This document shows, in pieces, positions 26,850-39,225 of a stretch of DNA of 64,000 bases (within the stretch, counting starts at the first letter, position 1; each line of letters begins with the position of its first letter). Under the pieces are notes generated by a model. It worked only from the letters and a program-made list of their open reading frames with translations, had not been told where the DNA came from and searched no databases. Both the position numbers and the translations under genes were made by a program. The stretch comes from Camelus ferus. Lineage: Eukaryota. The stretch is taken from positions 92,630,001 to 92,694,000 of the forward strand of contig NC_045696.1 in the NCBI RefSeq assembly GCF_009834535.1. Direction: 5' to 3'.

Positions 26850-28590
26850 CCACCAACCCAGAAGTCTGTGCCCTGAGACATTATCCTTCAAAAGTACTGG
26901 AAAAATAAAAGATTTTCTCAAACAAAAATTGAGGCAATTTGTTGCCAGTAGACTGTCTTGCAAGAAATGTTAAAAGAAGTTCTTTAGAGAGAAGAAAAAT
27001 GATAAAGATCAAAAACTTGGATCTACCTAAAAAAAGGAACATCAAAAAAGGAATGTAGGCAAAATAAAACCTTTTCCTTCCTAATTGATTTAACAGATAA
27101 GTTCATTCGAAATAATAGCAACAATGTATAGTTATGTATGCTTATATATACAGATAATCTTATTCATGCTTACTTCTAAGTGACATGAATGACAGCAATG
27201 TAAAGGGAATAAGAGGGAAGAATTAGTTTTATTTTGTTATTATAAGGTACACTACCTGTGAAGTGGTGTAACATTATTTGAAAGTGAACCTGGGTTAGTT
27301 GTAAATGTATATTGTAAAATCTAGGGCAACTTTTTCTGAGAAAAGTAAAAAAAAAAAAAAAAAGAAGTATAACTTACATGTTATGAAAAAAGAAAATGGA
27401 ATCATACAAAATGCTCAATTAAAACCATAAAAGGCAGAAAAAGAACAGAAAAACAAAATAGGAACAAAGAACAAAAACAACAAATATAAGACAGTAACAG
27501 ATAAGAAAGATATTAATCCAATCTTATCAACAATCACTTTAAACACCAATGGTCTAAATGCACCAATAAAATACAGAGATTGTTACCGTGGATCAAGAAG
27601 CAAAACCTAAATATGTATTGTCTACGAGAAATGCACTTTAAATATAAGAACACATACAGATTAAAAGACAATAGACAGAAAAAAGTATTATCATGGTAAC
27701 ACTAATTATAAGACAGCATGAGTAGCTATATTAATATCAGAGCAGACTTCAGCCAAGAAAAGTTATCAAGAATAGAGGCATATATACATATATATGTAAA
27801 TATAAAGGAGTCGTCCATTCTCAAAGAAGAGATGAATCCATTACTGTATTACAAACAAAAAAACTAAACACCAATATCTTTCATAAACACAGATGTAAAA
27901 ATCCTCCCCAAAAATGAAACTAACAATGTATAAAAAGAATTATACACCATGACCAAGCAGGATTTATCCCAGCAAGGCTAGTTCAACATTCAAAAATCAG
28001 TTAATGTAATCCATCACATCAGTAGGCTAAAAGAAACATTACATGATCATATCAACAGACGCAGAAAAAGCATCTGAAAAATATCCAAACACCCACTAAT
28101 GATTAAAAACTCTCCACAGATTAGGAATAGAGGGGAACTTCTCCAACTAATGAAGAGTATCTTTTAAAAAACCTACAGCTAAACATCATACCTAACCATA
28201 GAAACTCAAAACTTTCCCACTAAGATCAAAAACGAAGCAAGCATGTTCCCTCTCACCACCGCTTTTCAACATACTAGAAGTCCTAGCTAATACAATAGGA
28301 GAAGAAAAGGAAATGAAAGATATACAGAATGGGAAAAAAGAAATAAAACAGACTTTGTTCACAGATGACATGATCGTCTACATATAAAATTTGAAAAAAT
28401 CAACCAAAAACACTTGGAATCAGTAAGTGATTACAATTACATAAAAGTTCACTGCTTTCCCATGTACCAGCAATGAAAAAGTGGAATTTAAAATTAAAAA
28501 TACAATTCAATTAATATTAGCACCTCCCCCCCAAAATGAAATACTTAGGTATCAGTCTAACAAAATATGTAAAATATCTGTATGAGAATT
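26850..28590 (+). mobile_element. Older L1 fragment (ORF1 end, inter-ORF, deleted ORF2; L1MC/MD-like)
   Basis: ttatccttcaaaag...gttgccagtagac, endonuclease start (aatggtctaaatgcaccaat) and RT segment (ttcacagatgacatgatcg). Confidence 0.8.
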
Positions 28591-28629
28591 CAATCACCCC
28601 TGAGCACTTGCACCTCCACCACCCGGTTC

Positions 28630-29296
28630 CTTGCACATAGTCTCCTTTCCTGATTACTGTAATATATAATAGACTTCTAGCTGGTCTCTCTGCTTCTACA
28701 TTTAACTCTGTCTCTTTTTTCCTCACTATAACCAGGGTAATCCTGAAATCAGATCATGTCTCTCCCTCCTTTGTTCAAAACTCCACCTTACTATGAGTAA
28801 AGCCAACATTTTCACAATGGCCTCAAAGGTCATGTTCTAACTTTCAAAATCTCTCTGACCTCAACTACCACACTCCCCTATGCTTACTCTGCTCTAACCA
28901 CACGGTTTCCCTGCTGCTCCTCAAACATGGTCCCATTCCAGGAGCTTTGTACTGCCATATACTCTTTCCCCAAATATCCAGAGAGATCAGCACTTACTTC
29001 CTCCATGTCCAATATCGTCTAATAGAAACACCTTCTCAGAATATCCTATATAAAAGAGTAACTCAACCCTAATCATACATTTCACAACACTCCTCTCTTC
29101 TGTTTTTTCAATGAACTTCAACATTGTCTAACATCTGACATTCTGCATTTATCTGTGTACTGTCAGACCCATCCATAACCCACCCCTGCCCTCACCAACT
29201 AGCACATTAAACAGAGATTTTTGTCCATTTTGTTCATTGGCACCCGGAACTTTGCCTGGCATATGTGGGTACGCAAATATTTGCTGAGTGAATAAA
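28630..29296 (+). mobile_element. L2 3' part
   Basis: Continues the L2 at 23330; ends with typical tgcctggcat...aaatatttgctgagtgaata. Confidence 0.72.
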
Positions 29297-29662
29297 AATA
29301 AATAAACCTACCTACCACTTTTGATCTTTCATATGAAATTAAAACCTGACAACATGAAAACCATTCTTGATAATTCTGATGCTAATATATTAGTCTATCA
29401 TTGAATTGCAGGCAAATTACTCAATTCAATTTATTCACAAATCTTTTTTCCAATTTTTCAGGTGTGGCATTTCAAACAAGAACTTCACTGATAAACTCAC
29501 TTTTTTATTTTACTGATATCCAGGATTACTGGTGATTATTTATGTTACAATTATTCAAGCAAGCAAGGGAAAAATCAGAAACTGTCAGAAAATCAACTCC
29601 TTTTCCTCAAAAAAAAAAAAAAAAAAAAAAAAAGAGAGAGAGAGAACAAAAAATGGTTTAGA

Positions 29663-29851
29663 ACGTGAGTTGGCAAACTTCCTACAAAGGGCCAGATAGT
29701 ATAAATTTTAAGCTTGGTGGGACACATACATACAAGTCCCTGTCTTTTATTACTACCTTTTAATAAGGTAAAAATCATTCTTAGTTCCTGGAAATAAACA
29801 AAAACAGACTACAGATAGATCTGACTCACAGGTAACAGTCTGCCAACCCTG
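29663..29851. mobile_element. hAT-Charlie MITE (MER58-like)
   Basis: gttggcaaact...aaagggccagatagta ... tgccaaccctg. Confidence 0.75.
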
Positions 29852-30243
29852 GTTCAGAGAAATGTCCTGAATGCTTAGTCTGGTATATACATGCCTATAT
29901 ATACCTAAGAAAGTCATTAAAGGTGGGGGGGGGCAATTATGAATATAGCATGCTAGAAAGACAGTTCTCAAATTTTTCCTGAGTTGTAATAGCTGTATTT
30001 TATATCTGAAAAACATATCAGAATAAACATTTTTAAAAGTATTTTATAGCAAACTAGTGACTTCTAAATAATCCTTCTAATATTAAATAAATACCTTTCG
30101 TAAATTAATGGTTGACCTCATGACATTTACATTATCTTTACAAAATAAGAAACATCAAAAACTGTACCTCGTACAGAAACATAGCTTAGACTCTTCAGAT
30201 AAACTTTTAAAAATTAAATTTGCAAAAGTTTTAGAATTTTCAC

Positions 30244-30347
30244 CTGCCACAATGTTCCCAGAACGTGCCACAACCTTGAATCCATCAGCTACTTTGTCTA
30301 CACTATCTCCATGGGTAAGCAAAACAATTTCTTCCTTCTGAAGGCCC
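30244..30347 (-). CDS. GMPS: GMPS exon 5 (GLQKEEIVLLTHGDSV...NIVA)
   Basis: Acceptor tttag|, donor G|gtgaaa; 104 nt; overlaps ORF 30155..30373. Confidence 0.98.
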
Positions 30348-30424
30348 CTAAACACATAAAAAATAAAACACAATACACAAATAGCTTAATTATAAGACAA
30401 GATTAATGGAATATTTTGCTTTGT

Positions 30425-30685
30425 TTCTAGCTTTATTGAGATATAAATGACATATAACATTATGTAAATATGCAATGTGATGATTTGATATACATAATGT
30501 AAAATGATTACCACAATAAAGGTTAGTTAACACATCCACCACCTCACATAGTTAGCATTTTTTGTGTGTGGTGGGAACATTTAAGATCTACTCTCTTAGC
30601 AACTTTCAAGTGTACAAATACAGTATTGTTAACTGCAGCCAACACATTGTACATTAGATTCCTAGAACTTATTCTTCTTATAATT
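30425..30685 (-). mobile_element. L1 3' terminal fragment (L1MA9-like), sense to GMPS
   Basis: ctttattgagatataaatgaca...ttagttaacacatccaccacctcacatagtt; intact AATAAA at 30432-30437. Confidence 0.85.
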
Positions 30686-32683
30686 AGAAGTTTTGGGCTT
30701 TAGAAATACTAGCTTGTTCTATGTATAAATCAAGAAAATAGAGAAAGTATGTAACAGTGCAACACTGATAGAATTTGTTTATTCTGTCCATTATAAAACC
30801 CATAATAATATGTAATCTCAAAAAAAGACAATCCATAAAAACTGAAAACTGAAACATATAAAGTTGGTGGTATAACCATACACATAGAAAAAGTTTCAAG
30901 AGGCCATAAAATTAATAATTTCAAAATTACATCTCTGTTGGGATTTATCTTAAGAACAGCCATCATTAATGGCATAGTTTAAAACGGATGTAAGTAACAT
31001 CAAATGCAACTGTGTGAACTTTCTTTGGACTCAGATTCAAACCAATCAACCATAAAAAGGTATTTTCTACATTATGAAAAAGTCTGAACAAGAACTTGGT
31101 ATCAAATAAGATTAAGAAATTAAAAATTAAAAATAAAACAAGAAGATAAAGTACATTAAAGACAAAAGGATATTTTGGGGTGGTTATTATCATTACCATT
31201 GTTAGGAAGGATTAGTGTAGGTTGTAACTGAGTACCAGAATTTTACAATTAGAAACACAGAAAAACTTTAAATCTTAGCCAGATCTTTACATTTAAAGCC
31301 TCTTGTAGTATCACATACCACCAGCAAGATTCCTGAAGCAGTTCTCACAAGCAGTCACTTGAAATACAGCTGAATGCAAGCAACACTTCTCCATTATGAA
31401 GTAGAAAAAGCATCGGATATCAAAATGTATTTTGGGAATGAGTAGCTTCAGTTCATAAAATTATTTTGAGCAACTTTTGCTTTTTTATTAATATTCCTTT
31501 GAAAAATGAGAATCTTTGAACACAGATACTTTTATCTTTGCTCCTTCTAATATTGAAGAAGAGCCAGCCACAGCCAATTTTGTGTAAAAACTGGGATCAT
31601 ATCTCCATTTCAAATAAAAACAAATTCTTAACTTGGACTTTAAAATTTCTGATATGTCTAATTTGGAGAAAACTATTCACTAAAAATTAACTTCGGCACA
31701 ACTCAATAGAGCCTTAAGAATATCTGTAAATAAACAAATCTGTAACTAATAATAATTAGCACAGCTATAAGAAATGAAAATAAAAACTACATGTGCTCAG
31801 TCGTTGATATCAGCCTGCATTTTACAGATTTAATACAGTTAGGGGGAAATGTGATTTTTAAATAAAAATGAAATTTAGGTTAAAAAAAAAAAAAGTAACT
31901 CCACCAATACACCAGTACACCTAAATGGGCAATACTCAAAACATGGGAAAACCCAGAAAAGGAAAGCAAGTGACCAAAGCTTAAGTTTTCTAGTCTTTGA
32001 GAAAACTGAATGAAAACTCAGCCTTTTTATTTTTTTAAGTAAAGAAAATAAATGACTGTAAGAAGCTACTGAACAGCTCATTCACCAATTTTTAAATATA
32101 TTAAAGCTACTGTACCTAATCGATTATCACCTAGCAATAAAAGCAATTAATGCACTTGCTGTATTTAAAAGAGAATATATCAGGTACAGTTATGCTCAGG
32201 TACAGTAGAGAAAGTGAAGAAGAGAGAAATAAAACACATGTTTAGTAATGAGTCCAGCAAATGGGTACCTTGCTAAGTACCGAGAGCAAGAACATGGAAC
32301 AGAGGCAGAGGTACACAAGTGCAGGACAGTTTAACTTCCAGCTGCCACATGTGTCACTGTAATGTTTAGAACCACAATTCACAGGAGTGAAAAGGGAAAA
32401 ACTACAAATGCTGGCATCACAATACGTAATCCCAAATGGGGGTCCAAGAAAGTAGTGCTTTTAAATTATATCATTAAGTGCTTTTCTTATTCCTTATTAG
32501 TATCACCATCCTCTGCCATCTTGACACTCAATTGGAAGACAAATATGACAATTAACACCTTTGGCCACTACTGTAGCCTTAATTTTGTCTCAGAACTACA
32601 GAATCTCCAATTTTGAAGAATAACATTCCCAGCTTTAAGTTAATCTACTAACATTCTTATTTATCTAAAAATATCTGTAATAC

Positions 32684-32781
32684 CTGAATAACGAGCATGT
32701 GTTATCCACACTAACACTGAAGACTCCATCTTCTCTAACACTTTTTTTGTGCACAGTACCTCCAAATACCTTATTCATCAT
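32684..32781 (-). CDS. GMPS: GMPS exon 4 (MMNKVFGG...TCSLFR)
   Basis: Acceptor aacag|ATG, donor AG|gtatta; 98 nt. Confidence 0.97.
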
Positions 32782-33854
32782 CTGTTCCAAAAGAAAATAA
32801 ATTGATGTTAATATAAATCAAAAGAAAATTATCCAATTTATTTTGCTAATTTAATCATTTATATTTCTTGTTTTTAGAATAGCTGTTATTTTTGTGCCCA
32901 AAAAATAAAGGAAGTTTGTGAAATGTAGATAACTTGGAATTATTATATATAATTATACAGTTCTTAAAAGGCCTAGTTACAAAACAAAACTAGATTAGAA
33001 ATTTGACCTGAGGTTAATTTCTATTAAACACTGGCAAATTTTCCACTTAATGTACTTTAAATTAATTCATCTGTTTAAAATAAAGATTTCTTTAATACTT
33101 ACATCTGAGTTTAATTTAAAAGCATTTTAAAAGGTACTCTGAGCTTAGAAAGTACCTAAGTTGGTATTAAAACTAGGCAGATATAAATTCCTCCAAGCTT
33201 TGGCCCCAAAGGAATAGTCTGCAGAAAGCTGTGCTGTGGAGATAGGATATTAAAGCCAAAAGATGGGCAACAGAGAAAAGAGGTCAAGACAATTCACAAA
33301 CAAATGAATCCATAATTACTATATTTATTTGGCTATTCTTATCATGGAAGAAAATTCTGAGTTGAAAAGAACTTGCTTCTGACACTAGAAAAAGCAAAAT
33401 ACTGTAACATGTCAATTAATAATAATACTATTTAACTCAGGGAATACTTTCCTAGCCAACTCAATTTCCAGATGATGTAGTTAAATAAGACACATTGTCA
33501 AAAATTATCTCAATTAGAAAATAATTTTGATTACAGGAACCAGGGATAACTTTTCTTAAATGTATTTATTTATATTGTCACCTCCTCAGTAAATAGATCT
33601 TACTGAATAAATCATTCTTTGATAAATGAGAAATCATCATGTTACTGGCTCAGTAAGATCTTTCTTACTCAATAATCACACTCATCTGATAAGCCTATAG
33701 TGCACTGTTTGAAAATGAAGGAAGCAGAAAAGGTATCAAAGTAGCCAAAACAGATTTCCAAACATTTAACTCATAGAAGACCGGCGTATATGAAGACTTC
33801 AATTAGTCTCTATTTAGTCTTGCTTTTGATACGACTCCAAGGAACATATACTTA

Positions 33855-36800
33855 TTTTTTCCTTCCAGTTCTATTGAGATATTATAGAAGTTTAAGGTGT
33901 ACAGCATAATGATTTGACCTTCATACGTCATGAAATGATTACCATGATAAGTTTAGTGAACATCCATCACCTCATATAGTTATGAAATTTTTAAAAAACA
34001 GAAAAAATATTTATCCTTCTGACAAGAACTCTTAGGATTTATTCTCTTAGCTTTTATATATAACATACAGCAGTGTTAACTGTATTTATACATGTTGTAG
34101 ATTACATCTCTAGTACACATTTATCTTAAACCAGAAGTATGTACCTTTTGATTGCCTTCATCCAATTCCCCCTCTCCCTATACCCTGGGTCCAGGTAACC
34201 ACAAATCTGATCTCTTTTCTGAGTTACTTTTTGAAGTATAATTGACCTACAAGACTGTATTAGTTCCTGTTACACAACACCCTGATTCAGTATTTCTAAA
34301 CATTTCAAGGTCATCACCACAGTAAGTCTCATGACCATCCATCAGCATACTACCTAAGAATTGACTATTTTTCTCACTGTACACTTCATACTCATGACTT
34401 TTGCATCTGAAAGTTTGTACCTCTTAATTTACCTCACTTATTTCTCTCCTCTTCCCATCCTCTCCCCTCTGGCAAACACTTGCTTCTTCTCTGTAATAAC
34501 TCTGTTTCTGCTTTGTTATGTTTGTTCATTTGTTTTGTTTTTTAGATTCCACATATCAATCTGATTCTGTCAGACTTATTAGCATAATACCCTCTAGGTC
34601 CATCCATGTTATGGCAAATGGCAAATGGCAGATTGCAATCTTTTTTATGACTGACTAACATTCCTCCGTGTGTTTGTGTGTGTGTGTGTGACATCTTATT
34701 TATCCACTCATCCGTTGATGGGCACTTAGGTTGCTTGGCTACTAATAATAATAGTAAATAATGCTACAATAAACATAAAGGTACACGTTTTCTAATTAGT
34801 ATTTTTGTTTTCTTCAGATAAATATCCAGCAGCACACCCTGCTCTAGTCACCAGAGCTATATGTTCTAGGGGTGCCCCTGAAGTGGGTTGTACATGCTCT
34901 TCTGTTGTGCTCTTCTGCTGACTACTGTGTGCAGTCGGGCAGGCATGGCTCGTCCCCAGTCCTGTTGGTTGTTGCCAGGCCTTGCCCTGCATAGAGGCTG
35001 CTGGTGGGCAGGGACAGATATGAGGCAGCTGATTGCAGAGCCCCGGAGGTCCCAGGGCTAGTGCTGGTTGCAGAGCCAGGGGTACCAGATAGTGTCAGCC
35101 TGTTGGTGAGCCAGGCTGGCCCCTGACATGGCTGGCTATGGGGTTCAGGGTGTCCCAAAACTGATGTTGGCCTGCTAGTAAGTGGGGCTAGATCCCAGGG
35201 CAGCTGGTTAAGGGTCCCAAGTCGTCCCAGAGCTGTTTCAACCCCCTGGTAGGCGGGGCCAAGCCTTGGGCCCTCTGGTGGGTTGTCCAGATCCCAGGGT
35301 GCTGGGTGGTCAGGGGGTCCTAATCCCTGGCCCATTTGTGGGTGGAGCTGTGTTTCTGCCCAGCTAGCTGCTTGATCTGAGGCATTCTAGCACCGGTGCT
35401 CAGAGGCTGGTGGGTGGGGCCCATTCCCAGCACTAATAAGCTAGAGAGAGGATTCCAAAATGATCTTTGCCAACACCACTGTGCTCCTGGAAGAGTGAGC
35501 TCCTCAAAATGGCTTCCACCACCCCCACATTCCAGGAGTGTTCATCTACATGAGCTTTCCTGGAGGCTGACATCTTGATTGGATCATTAGCACCAAGACG
35601 CAGTCCCACCCAATAGCCTGTAGGGAAGCCTCAGGCCAAACAACACACAGGGTGGGAACACAGCCCCACCCATCAGCAGACTTCCTAAACCACAAAGGCC
35701 TCTAGACACAGCCCTATCCACCAGAGGTGCAGGACCAAGGTTCATCCAGCAGTGGCCAGGAAACCTATATAATCCTCTAGTTCAGCCTCATCCACCAGGA
35801 GCAGATACCAGAAATAAGAAAACAACAATCCCAAAGCCTGTGGAAGGAATCCACAAACACAGGCCAGACTCTAAACTGGGACTGGCTGGACCCTGGCCTG
35901 TGATAAGAGAGGAGTGTACTGCTGGGGGTATACCTCTCCAAGGTTAAGAAACGTAACTAATCTACCTAAAAATACAAATAGATAGACAATATGAGGTGGC
36001 AGAGGAATATTTCCCAGGCCAAGGCACAAGATAAAATCCCAGAAGAAGAAATAAGTGATGAGCAGATAGGCAATTTATCTGAGAAGTTTACAGTAATGAT
36101 GGCAAAGATGTTCAGAGAACTCAGAAGGAGTACAGATGCACAGAGCGAAGTTTTTAGCAAAGAGTTGGAAAATATAAAGAATACCCAGAGCTGAAGAATA
36201 AAATCACTGAAATGAATAGCACACTAGAAGGAACCAAAAATAGACTAAATGAAGCAGAAGAAGACAGATTAGTGGAAATTTATACTGCAGAATAGAAAAA
36301 AGAAAGAATGAAAAGAAATGAGGCTAGTTTAAGAGAATTCTAGGACAACATGAAGTGCACTAATATTCACATTATAGGGGTCCCAGAAAGAAAAAAGAGA
36401 GAAAGAACCTGAGAACATATTTGGAGAGTTAACTGAAAACTTCCCCAACCTGGGAAAGGAAACAGTCACCCAAGTCCAGGAAGTGCAGAGAGTTCCACAC
36501 AGGATCAACCCAAAGAGGAAAACACCAAGGCACATAGTCATCAAATTGACAAAAATTAAGGATAAGGAGAAAATATTAAAATTAGCAAGAGAAAAGCAAC
36601 AAGTAACATACAAGGAAGCTCCCATAAGGTTATCAGCTGATTTTTCAGCAGAAACTCTAGACCAGAAAGTAGTGGCACAATATATTTAAAGTGATGAAAG
36701 GGGAAACCAACCAAGAACACTCTATCCAGCAAGTCTCTTGTTTAGATTTGATGGAGAAATCAAAAGCTTAACAGATAAACAAAAGCTAAAAGAATTCAGC

Positions 36801-38217
36801 ACCACCAAACCAGCTTTTACAACAAATGCTAAAGGACCTTCTCTAGTCATCAAACCACAAGAAAAGATAACAAAAAGAAGAGGCAAAAAAAGACCTACAA
36901 AAGATTGCTTTGGCAGTTCAGGGTCTTTTATGGTAAATTTGGAATTGTTTGTTCTAGTTCTGTGAAGAATGCCAATAAGTATTTTGACAGGGGTTGCATT
37001 GGATCTGTAGATTGCTTTGGGTAAAATACGGCCATTTTGATAATGTTGATTCTTCCAAGAGCACAAGATATCTTTTCATTTCTCTGTATCATCTTCAATT
37101 TCCTTCATCAATGTTTTACAGTTTTCAGAGTATAGGTAACCTCCTCAGATAAGTTCACTTCTAGGTGTTTTGTTGTTTTTAATGCAATGGAAATGTTAAT
37201 GCCAGTTATAAAATTCTGGTTTTTGAAGTAAAAAAAAGAAAGTGAATGAAGGGCTACAAATGGCAGAATATCCTTTTTTATGGGTGAGTCGTATTCCATT
37301 ACATATATATGCTGCATCTTCTTTATCTATTCATCTATTGATGTGCACTTACGATGCTTCCATATCGTGGTAATTATAAATAATGCTGCTGTTAGTAGCG
37401 GGGTGTATGTATCTTTCTGAATTAACTCTTACTTTGTGGTTGGCTTAATTCTTTTGATAACTATGTAAGTTTAAAAAGATAAAGCTCTAAACATTCTTAG
37501 AAACAATGAACAGTACATATATATAAATTTTTTTAAATGTGCAGTATATTGTGTATATGTATTTACATGCAATATATTGTATATGTGCACTCAAATTATA
37601 ACAATTCTACTTAAACTGAAAAATGAAAAAAATGGGGAAGAAAAAAAAAAAAAGGCCACCACCAGCGTCTGTGTCTCCATGGTGAGTTTCAGTTGCCTCC
37701 TGCCTCTCTGGGAAACTCTCTAAGATGTGCAGGTAGGTTTGACCCAGGCTCTTTTTAAATCACTGCTTCTGCCCTGGGTTTTGGATCTTTTAAAGATTGT
37801 GTTTGTACCCTTTAAGAGTGGAGTCTCCATTTCCCACAGCCCCCTGGCTCTCCTTAAAGTAAGCCCTATTGACCTTGAAAACCAAACATTGTGGGAGCTC
37901 ATCTCCCCACTGCACGACCCAGGGCTGGGGAGTCCAATGTAGGGCTCCAAATTGTTGCTCCTTGGGGAGAATCTCTGCAGTGGTAATTAACCTCCCAGTC
38001 TGTGAGTTGCCCACCTAGGGGTATGTGTTTTGACTATACTGCAACTCTGCCCCTCCTACCCATCTTGTTGTGGTTCTTTCTTTATTTTATTTAGTTGTAG
38101 AAGATCTTTTCTGCTAGATTCTTGTCAACAGTTGCTCTATAAATAGTTGAAATTTTCATGTGCCCGTGAGAGGAGGTGGGCTTAGGGTTTTCCTACTTCA
38201 CCATCTTGGCTACTCCC
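33855..38217. mobile_element. Rearranged L1 composite (5' UTR, 3' UTR and ORF2 pieces on minus strand; ORF1 on plus strand)
   Basis: L1 5' start gccaagatgg on the minus strand at 38201-38210. ORF1p-like QRVPHRINPKRKTPRHIVIKL...PIRLSADFSAETL at about 35990-36850 (+). Minus-strand 3' UTR at 33855-34830. Confidence 0.88.
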
Positions 38218-38234
38218 TAGATATAATTAATTAA

Positions 38235-38870
38235 CTAACTTTACAGTGAAGACACCTGGCAAACACCATCTTAACCAAATGATGGAAATTAACATCACCT
38301 ATCATGGTATTAATTGACATTTTGTGCCTCCTAAAGAGATGCTCTAACAGGAGCACAGCATCACTTCTGTGGCATTCCTGCCCCAAAATACATAACCTGA
38401 ATCTAACAATAAGGAAACATCAAACAAACCAAAATTGAGAGCTATTCTACAAGGTCACTGAAATGTACTTCTTAAAAAACTGCCAAGGTCACAAAAGAGA
38501 AGGAAAGATTGAGGAATGATTCCAAACTAAAGGAATGCAAAGAGACATGACAACTAAAGACAATATACGTTCCTAGACTGAATTCATGACTTATAACAGA
38601 CACTAATGAGACAACAGTAAAATGTGAATGGAGTCTGTGGATTAGACATTAACAATGAATCAATATTAAGTTCTTCATTCTGATAACTGTATTGTGGTTA
38701 CATAGGAGAGAATCCTAGTGCTTAGATAATACAGGTAACAGAAATCATGTCTGCAATTTACTCTCAAAATGGTTAATAATGCCAACAATTGGGGAATTGA
38801 GTAAAAGTGTACAGGAGCTCTGTGTACTGTTTCTGCAACTTTTATGTATGTCTGAATGTCTAAATTTTGT
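38235..38870 (+). mobile_element. L1MC/ME-like 3' region
   Basis: cctggcaaacaccatcttaaccaaatgat...agagacatgacaactaaa motifs. Confidence 0.7.
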
Positions 38871-39110
38871 TTGTTTGTTTTTTAATGGACAGTGTTTTGT
38901 TGTATGCAGTAATATAATTAGCTTCTTCTCTTAAAAATCCCCTCTCAGGTCAGTTCTGCCATACTAGTATTCATAAACAGTTGTAATATAAACAAATTAC
39001 CTCATACAACTAAATATCCTAAATACTCTAAAGACAAAAAATACTAGTATGGTAGGAGTGATACAGAAAAAAATTAAGGCAACTCAAGGCAAATTCACAG
39101 ATATATGTAC

Positions 39111-39225
39111 CTGCATGCCATAGCAAATTCCAAGAACAGGCTTGCCAATGGTGAATATTGCTGGATCAAACCAAGGAGCATCTTCTGCATACACAGAATT
39201 AGGTCCTCCAGAAATGATAATGGCA
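39111..39225 (-). CDS. GMPS: GMPS exon 3 ([11 protein letters not shown]...GICYGMQ; catalytic Cys)
   Basis: Acceptor tacag|, donor CAG|gtacat; 115 nt. Confidence 0.98.

Noticed and set aside
35991..36965. Possible intact or domesticated L1 ORF1
   Set aside because: Broken into short pieces by stops and frameshifts.
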